This document shows positions 57,602-64,000 of a stretch of DNA of 64,000 nt, piece by piece. This stretch comes from an uncultured Candidatus Berkelbacteria bacterium (GTDB lineage: Bacteria; Patescibacteriota; UBA1384; CAILIB01): contig CAILIB010000020.1 in NCBI GenBank assembly GCA_903834195.1, positions 14,084-78,083 of the forward strand, read 5' to 3'. How positions within the stretch are numbered: the first letter of the stretch is position 1; every line of letters begins with the position of its first letter. The position numbers were made by a program, and so were the translations under genes. The notes beneath the pieces are model-generated. The model did not search any database. It was not told the DNA's origin and saw only the letters and a program-made list of their open reading frames with translations.

Positions 57602-60487
57602 TTACTTTGGAATACGAATACTCAGCGCAATTGTCTCACCATTCAACTCAATCTCCCCTTCAGGATTTGCTTCCCAAGTAGTTTCATCAACTACCAGGAA
57701 TGAATCTGCAAGTAATCCAGGTACTGCTAGTATCAGAGGCTCTACAATTGAACGGTGCTGTGGTGCCACATACAAATGTGCAAGCTGACCAGGCTGTAAC
57801 CCTGTTTGTTTACGCACATTCTGAAGTAAGCGCAAAAGCTCACGTACATCTCCAGCTTGCTGTAATTCATCTGAGATTCGCGTATCTAATCCTACAGCAA
57901 CCCCGAATTTATTTGCATCACTCCAGGCAAACCCATCTTCTGCCCCGGTTTCAACCATACGGACTGCAAGAACATTTAACTCTTCAGCAACAATATCTAA
58001 CAGATCATTACCGATTGGCTCAAGACCAGATACCACGGCTTCAGCAAGTGGTTGGCGCACTTTTAACTTCTGTTCTGCTCGCACTGAAAGCCCAGCTTCC
58101 ACCACAAGTCGCACGGTTTTCATATCTTTTTCAACCTGTTCGTTTTGAGCTTTAGCTACCGGCCAATCGAGTAAATGAACCGATTCAGGCATTGAATCTG
58201 TGCGCAAAGTTTGGTAAACGTGCTCAGTCATAAACGGAGTAAACGGCGCTAGAATTGCAGATAAGGTTTGCAGCAGTTCATACATTACAGCGAAAAATGT
58301 AGTGTCTGAACGACGGCGCGAACGACGCAAATACCACGTTGAAAGATCGCTCACATATTCTTCGATTGCCCGCCCTGCCCGCATAAAGTCATAGGCATCA
58401 AGTAATGTAGTAACTTCAGTAATTACAGCACTCTGACGACTCAAAATCCAACGATCCAAAACCGTAAGATCAGATTCGGTATACGTTGAAGACGCATCAA
58501 ATTCAGCCACATTTGCATACGTGACAAAATAATTAAAGACATTCCAGTACAGTAAAAGCGTTTTTCGGAAACTGGTTTGAACCTCTTTAATACTGAACGA
58601 TTTAGCCTCACCTGGTGAGTTTACCGTATATAGATACCATCGAATCGCATCAACACCGAGGATTTTGAATGTGTCCCACGGATTAAACACATTACCGAGA
58701 GACTTCGACATTTTCTTGCCGGTTTCATCCACTAAGTGACCCATACAGACCACATTTTTGTAAGCTTCTCGCTCGTCAACAATTGAACTAATTGCGAGAA
58801 GTGTATAAAACCACCCACGCGTCTGATCAACAGCTTCAGCAATAAAATCAGCTGGAACTTCTCCAAGCGCTGCACGACCAGATGCATACTGCATTGCTCC
58901 AGAGTCAAACCAGACATCAAGAACATACGGTTCACGAATATACTCTTCCCCATCTTTGACCAAGATAATATCATCAACCATTGGTCGGTGCGGATCAAAT
59001 TCAGCACTAATTAATGATGGGTCTTTTGCGAGCGACTTTAACTCTTCAAATGAACCAATACAGAGCATTCTCCCAGTTGGACTAATCCAAACAGGCATCG
59101 GAGTGCCCCAAAAACGTTCGCGAGAAACAGCCCAATCACGAGCTTCACGAATAAAATCACCAAAGCGTCCTTGCTGGATGTGACTTGGGGTCCATGAAAC
59201 CTTGCTATTGTACTCTGTAAGCTTTGTACGCATACGAGACATGCCGATATACCACGAATCCTTCGCATAGTACAAAAGCGGTGTCTTACAGCGCCAACAG
59301 TGCGGATACGAGTGGGTAATAGTTTGTTTACCGTACAATCGATCTTTTGCGGTCAAACTTTGCAAAATAGGAACAAGCGCATCTTTGACATACATTCCAG
59401 TAAACTCAGGCACATTCGGAAGAAAGTTCCCGTTTAAATCTACTGTATGCACACGAGCAAGGCCTTCTTTCTTACCAAGAATAAAGTCATCTTCACCATA
59501 CATTACTGCAGTGTGTACAATACCCGTACCATCAGTTGTAGTGACAAAATCTGCCAACACAACTTCGTATTTCTTACCCTCAGCATCTTCCAAAACCTCA
59601 GGATACAATGGGCGATACGTCTTTCCAGCTAACTCACTACCTGTACACGATGCAACGATCTCATACTCCCCTTTGAGAATTTCAAGACGTGATTTTGCCA
59701 AGATAAATCTGCCTTTTTCTTGCTGAACGGTCACATACTCAATTTCAGGACCAACGGCTAAGCCAACGTTTCCTGGAAGTGTCCAGGGTGTAGTTGTCCA
59801 TGCTAGAAAAGCAGTTGAAGGGTCGTCAGTAAGCGGGAATGTTACAAATACTGAGGTATCTTTAACATCTTGATATTCAAGTGCAACTTCAGCCGCGGAC
59901 AAGCCGGTTCCACAACGAGAACAGTACGGCACAACTTTGTAATCTTTAAAGACAAGTTGCTTATCCCAAATTTTCTTAAATGTAGCCCAGACACCTTCTA
60001 TGTACCCGCTATCATAGGTGATATACGGATTCTCGGTATCAGTCCAATACCCAACACGAGGCACGAACTGATCCCATTCCTTCTTAAATTCCCAAACACT
60101 TTCTCGACAAATTGCATTAAATTTAGCAATTGAGGCTTTCTCGTCCCCTGGCACCAAGTTAAGTACATCTTTCTTACTTGTGAGACCAAGCGCTTTTTCA
60201 ACCTGAACCTCTACGGGTAAGCCGTGCGTGTCCCAGCCAGCCTGGCGTGGAACATATTTACCCTTCATGGTTTGATACCGTCCTGCCAAGTCTTTAAACG
60301 ACATTGGAACTGCGGTATGAAGCGGCGGTTTAGCATTCGCAGTTGGAGGACCATCAAAAATGATGTACGGCTGCTTGCCCTTATTTTTTTCAACAGATTT
60401 CTTAAAAATTTTCTTTTCTTGCCAGAACGCTAAAACAGCTTCTTCTTGCGTTGCAAAGTTTGGTTGAGGTTCAACGGGTTTAAACAT
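57602..60487 (-). CDS. ileS: Isoleucine--tRNA ligase (type II)
   Basis: DGPPTAN, GWDTHGLPVE, WTTTPWTL, DQTRGWFY, KMSKS, C-terminal RK.GL. Confidence 0.96.
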   Translation of the reverse strand: MFKPVEPQPNFATQEEAVLAFWQEKKIFKKSVEKNKGKQPYIIFDGPPTANAKPPLHTAVPMSFKDLAGRYQTMKGKYVPRQAGWDTHGLPVEVQVEKALGLTSKKDVLNLVPGDEKASIAKFNAICRESVWEFKKEWDQFVPRVGYWTDTENPYITYDSGYIEGVWATFKKIWDKQLVFKDYKVVPYCSRCGTGLSAAEVALEYQDVKDTSVFVTFPLTDDPSTAFLAWTTTPWTLPGNVGLAVGPEIEYVTVQQEKGRFILAKSRLEILKGEYEIVASCTGSELAGKTYRPLYPEVLEDAEGKKYEVVLADFVTTTDGTGIVHTAVMYGEDDFILGKKEGLARVHTVDLNGNFLPNVPEFTGMYVKDALVPILQSLTAKDRLYGKQTITHSYPHCWRCKTPLLYYAKDSWYIGMSRMRTKLTEYNSKVSWTPSHIQQGRFGDFIREARDWAVSRERFWGTPMPVWISPTGRMLCIGSFEELKSLAKDPSLISAEFDPHRPMVDDIILVKDGEEYIREPYVLDVWFDSGAMQYASGRAALGEVPADFIAEAVDQTRGWFYTLLAISSIVDEREAYKNVVCMGHLVDETGKKMSKSLGNVFNPWDTFKILGVDAIRWYLYTVNSPGEAKSFSIKEVQTSFRKTLLLYWNVFNYFVTYANVAEFDASSTYTESDLTVLDRWILSRQSAVITEVTTLLDAYDFMRAGRAIEEYVSDLSTWYLRRSRRRSDTTFFAVMYELLQTLSAILAPFTPFMTEHVYQTLRTDSMPESVHLLDWPVAKAQNEQVEKDMKTVRLVVEAGLSVRAEQKLKVRQPLAEAVVSGLEPIGNDLLDIVAEELNVLAVRMVETGAEDGFAWSDANKFGVAVGLDTRISDELQQAGDVRELLRLLQNVRKQTGLQPGQLAHLYVAPQHRSIVEPLILAVPGLLADSFLVVDETTWEANPEGEIELNGETIALSIRIPK

Positions 60488-60496
60488 GATTGAGAA

Positions 60497-60910
60497 CTAG
60501 ATGGAGTCGAGTGCGAAGTTGACGAGGAGGTCTGCGCGTTTGTTTTGAGCGCGAGGCACATGCGTAAATGTCGCGGTAAATGGTTGAGAGTGAAGGATCG
60601 TTTGAATCAATTGATAAATACCTTGAAGGGTAGTATCTCGAACCTTATAAATCCCCATAATTTGCCGAACCACGAGCTCGCTATCGAGCATAAACTGAAT
60701 CTGGGTAAATTCAGGTGGCGTGCATTTCCCGTCTCGAATGAACTCTAACGCACGTAATACAGCTGTGTATTCAGCCACATTATTGGTTGTATCGCCAATA
60801 TATTCAGAATATTCAAACGACCAGTCCCCGGCTTTCATAACCACACCAATAGCAGCTGGACCTGGATTTCCGCGTGCACCACCATCTGTATTGATCGTAA
60901 TTATCTGCAT
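60497..60910 (-). CDS. rnhA: Ribonuclease HI (RNase H-like)
   Basis: TDGGARGNPG, TNNVAEY, DSELVV.Q, HVPR..N..AD. Confidence 0.92.
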   Translation of the reverse strand: MQIITINTDGGARGNPGPAAIGVVMKAGDWSFEYSEYIGDTTNNVAEYTAVLRALEFIRDGKCTPPEFTQIQFMLDSELVVRQIMGIYKVRDTTLQGIYQLIQTILHSQPFTATFTHVPRAQNKRADLLVNFALDSI

Positions 60911-60966
60911 GTGTGTAGTATTATAGGTATCAGCCTATCAGATTAGATCACTTCGTTCAAACCGAT

Positions 60967-61863
60967 TTACGGCTTTGGCAAATGTCGAATTGCTCGTAAT
61001 TTCGCCGAACGACTGCGTGGATTTGCCACTTCTTCAGTTCTACTTGCTACTACCGGCTTCTTACTGAGTAATTCGTACTCACCAGAGTCAGAGGCAGCTC
61101 GGAAGCGCTGCTTCACGATTCTATCTTCTAACGAGTGAAACGTAATAATTGCCAATACTCCACCAGTTGAGAGAAGTTCTAAGGCTTGATCCATCCCTTC
61201 TACAAGCGAGTCTAACTCTCGGTTTACTGCAATCCGCAACGCTTGGAAACTTCGCGTGGCTGGATGTGGTTTCTTGTGTCGCGCTGTTGGATGATACTGC
61301 TCAATAATAACCGCTGCTAAATCTGCAGTTTCGGTAAAGCGTTGCTTTTTACGTCGCTCTACAATTGCATGGGCAATCTTTTTAGCAAGACGTTCTTCAC
61401 CATACGATAGCAACATCTCAATAATGCGATGCTCAGGCCAGGTATTTACAATGGTCGCCGCTGACACTGTTCCATCAGGGTCCATTCTCATATCAAGCGG
61501 ACCGTTTTTCATAAATGAAAACCCTCGCTCCGGCGTATCAATTTGGTAACTCGAAACACCAATATCCATCAAGATACCATCAGCTGCAGTGATTATTTTC
61601 TTCTTTCGCAACTGAAACAACTCGGCAAAGTTACCCTGTAAATATTCAATTTTTTCACCAAGACGCTCTTCTGCAAACTCAAGTGCATACGGATCCTGAT
61701 CGATGCCAATAATACGAATTGGCTGTTTCGCCTCCTCTGCCCGAGCAATCATTTCAAGCGTATGACCTCCAAGTCCAAGCGTTGCATCAACAAACACTCC
61801 CCCTCGCTCTGGTCGAAGGGCATTCATCGTTTCCTCTAGAAGTACTGGAGTGTGTTCTGCCAT
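60967..61863 (-). CDS. rsmH: 16S rRNA m4C1402 methyltransferase RsmH
   Basis: H.PVLL.E, DATLG.GGH, RGFSF, LDMRM, FHSLEDRIVK, NPRSRSAKLR. Confidence 0.98.
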   Translation of the reverse strand: MAEHTPVLLEETMNALRPERGGVFVDATLGLGGHTLEMIARAEEAKQPIRIIGIDQDPYALEFAEERLGEKIEYLQGNFAELFQLRKKKIITAADGILMDIGVSSYQIDTPERGFSFMKNGPLDMRMDPDGTVSAATIVNTWPEHRIIEMLLSYGEERLAKKIAHAIVERRKKQRFTETADLAAVIIEQYHPTARHKKPHPATRSFQALRIAVNRELDSLVEGMDQALELLSTGGVLAIITFHSLEDRIVKQRFRAASDSGEYELLSKKPVVASRTEEVANPRSRSAKLRAIRHLPKP

Positions 61864-61867
61864 AGGG

Positions 61868-62755
61868 TTACGGATAGCGGAACCCTTGATTATCGAGATA
61901 CTCAGCTGTTTCTTTTATAACTGGAGTGGCAATTCCATGTTTTTCAATGAGATAGTGTGCTGATCCAATTTCACCAGCATGACCAATTACTTCTGCAGTT
62001 GTATACCCTTTTCCAATTGCACAATATCCAACTAACACACCACCCGATGGACTTGGTGTACAACTTGTCAATTGCAACAAATTAACCGTATTAACACCAA
62101 GTTGTAACGTATAGTTAATTGTAAACTTTATTGAGCGCTTTCCTGATAATTGAACTGTAAAATTAGGAGCTGCTTCAGCTGGCTGACTTGCTGGTGGTGT
62201 ACAAACCCCAGAACCATCATAATTTTGACACATAAAGTATGCCACACCTGTAACACTTGAGTTTGATGAAAACACAAAGTTATCACCTTCAATTACCGGT
62301 ATAGTTACCGAAGTCCCTGAAGGAAAATCAGCTGTCTGAAAAGCTTGTTTATTATATTTAGTTGCATCTGCAGCAAACTGACTCCCTTTAATAGCAATAA
62401 CATTCCGTATTGAAATGTCGTAATACGGACAATTACTCAACGTCAGGTCAACAACCACTGTTCCACAGTCAGTTCCAGAAAATTCTCGACGAACCGGAGT
62501 AAGTGGGTAGAATTCAGTTACAGTCTCATTTCCAAACTCTCCCCACGCATTCAATGCAGTTGATGCATTATTAAATCGCGCTAATGCTTCCTCAACGCCG
62601 GCTCGGCCAACTTGTCTCGCGCGGGATGAACTATCATACGAAGCAGACTGACGTGAATTCAAGAGTAAAATACGTGCACCAGTAACAGTAAGTACACTCA
62701 CAACAGTGAGAATTAAGACAACAATGAGGAGTGATGATCCGGATCGACGTATCAT
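61868..62755 (-). CDS. PilX-like minor pilin
   Basis: RR.G|SSLLIVVLIL prepilin without Glu5; A...G.E.A pattern. Confidence 0.7.
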   Translation of the reverse strand: MIRRSGSSLLIVVLILTVVSVLTVTGARILLLNSRQSASYDSSSRARQVGRAGVEEALARFNNASTALNAWGEFGNETVTEFYPLTPVRREFSGTDCGTVVVDLTLSNCPYYDISIRNVIAIKGSQFAADATKYNKQAFQTADFPSGTSVTIPVIEGDNFVFSSNSSVTGVAYFMCQNYDGSGVCTPPASQPAEAAPNFTVQLSGKRSIKFTINYTLQLGVNTVNLLQLTSCTPSPSGGVLVGYCAIGKGYTTAEVIGHAGEIGSAHYLIEKHGIATPVIKETAEYLDNQGFRYP

Positions 62756-63453
62756 TGGGAAATATTACTCATAACAGGAGAAGAAGTCACAACTGCAGTA
62801 TCACGAATAATTATTGGTGTTGATGCAAGTGTATTTGCACGAACCTCAACTCCTACAGCACCCTTATATACACCTGCCAATTCAATTTCAAACGCATCAG
62901 CATTTGCGACTGCGTTCGCATTATTCATTGCTTGAACCGTAAATGAAGGAATCTTAATAGTACTATCGGTAAGGTAATTTGCGGTGCCATTTGAAAGCGT
63001 AAAGAGTGCACCGATACTATTCAAGTTACACGAATTAAACGAATTTAGAGAACCTGAAAGAGTTGCAGTACTCGGTGGCACATACTGAAGCAAACGAGTC
63101 TTATCTGCTGAAGTCGAATCACTGTTTACACAAAATACTTCGTACTGATACACAGGCGTTGTGCAATCTGAACTTGGTAAGCATGTCTGAAGTACTAAAA
63201 TACTATTATTACCCCCTTGCGCACTTGTGTCTTGATTTATAGTTACCGCAGTTCCAGTTGACCGCGTTAGAGCAACCTTAAGACTGTCCATCGCAGATTG
63301 TAATTGAGATGATGTCCCCTGACTTCGCTGACCAGCATCTTGAACAGTTGAAGATGTAGCTAGAATAGCAATCACCATTACAGCAACTGTCGCAAAAAGT
63401 GCTGCGCTAATAAGAAGTTCTATAAGAGTAAATGCAGGTCGACGAGTTCTCAT
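62752..63453 (-). CDS. Type IV prepilin-like protein (PilW-like)
   Basis: RRPA|FTLIELL N-methylation motif followed by hydrophobic helix. Confidence 0.85.
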   Translation of the reverse strand: MRTRRPAFTLIELLISAALFATVAVMVIAILATSSTVQDAGQRSQGTSSQLQSAMDSLKVALTRSTGTAVTINQDTSAQGGNNSILVLQTCLPSSDCTTPVYQYEVFCVNSDSTSADKTRLLQYVPPSTATLSGSLNSFNSCNLNSIGALFTLSNGTANYLTDSTIKIPSFTVQAMNNANAVANADAFEIELAGVYKGAVGVEVRANTLASTPIIIRDTAVVTSSPVMSNISQ

Positions 63454-64000
63454 TGGAATGAAGCTCCGGTTACATCTGCAAAAATTGTTGACCGTGTTAC
63501 TCCAGCTGATTGGTTCGCTCCGTATGGCCAGACCGTTACTTTAGCGACAAAATAAACGTATTGCTTTGATGCGTCACCACCAAATCCTGGCTTCTGAACC
63601 GCTTCTTTTGCTTTGGTAATCATCACCTGACGGTAGTAGTACGTATATCCAGCCGTGCCAACACCAGGTAATCCAGCAGTTATTGTCTTGCCTGCTAATG
63701 AATTACTCGCATTCTGATCTTTGGTGTAGGCAGCAAAATCAATTAACTGGAATGCACCAGCTGTTACCGTCGTTGGAACTGCAACTATCTCAGCATTATT
63801 GGTTCCAAACGCTGCAATAGTTGTACCACCACCCGAAGAATCTCGTACAGTAGTCGTATATCCATTACATATCACATCTGCTAATGGAGCAAGTTGACAC
63901 CATTTCAATTGAACGTTCTTAGGCGCACCACCAATTGCGAGCGTATATGGCACTACATACGCTGAAGTTACCACTGTACCAAGCTGACTTCCAAAATCAG
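63450..64000 (-). CDS. Partial CDS, likely pilin-like (PilV-like) C-terminal part
   Basis: Frame open to window edge; ends ...V.VW......S.IFAD; ATGA overlap with next prepilin gene. Confidence 0.55.
   Translation of the reverse strand, partial: DFGSQLGTVVTSAYVVPYTLAIGGAPKNVQLKWCQLAPLADVICNGYTTTVRDSSGGGTTIAAFGTNNAEIVAVPTTVTAGAFQLIDFAAYTKDQNASNSLAGKTITAGLPGVGTAGYTYYYRQVMITKAKEAVQKPGFGGDASKQYVYFVAKVTVWPYGANQSAGVTRSTIFADVTGASFQ

Overview
A 64-kb stretch of bacterial chromosome that looks like Patescibacteria (CPR), using genetic code 11. This is inferred from the gene content: DUF3048, paired VirD4/TraD-like ATPases, type II IleRS, class II RNR, pilin-like genes and no biosynthetic operons. Bases 1-22 kb are mostly plus-strand housekeeping genes (rpsU-yqeY-ybeY-dgkA, ftsAZ, nrdR-nrdJ, a UvrD/nuclease fusion, rmuC, secDF, gmk). 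Bases 22-64 kb are mostly minus strand: a putative secretion locus (small acidic protein, 1718-aa protein, two coupling-protein-like ATPases), tgt, rplJL, rplA, pth, prfB, cysS, recR, topA, dprA, a shortened mfd, rplU-secE-nusG-rplK, rodA, ileS, rnhA, rsmH and minor pilins. The most unusual signal is non-coding: at least six intergenic elements are closed by 17-21+ bp stems. Two are homologous covarying copies in the leaders of rplJ and rplA. One is a tandem three-way-junction duplication. Three lie in two ~290-nt promoter-driven non-coding units. Several carry anti-Shine-Dalgarno text, in a genome whose core genes mostly lack SD. Protein oddities include an IleRS with a PLHT instead of HIGH motif, a mini-Mfd, a TGT without its Zn ligands, and an L1 with a long acidic extension. 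No CRISPR, tRNA, rRNA or transposase was seen. All calls are by eye; no searches or folding programs were run.
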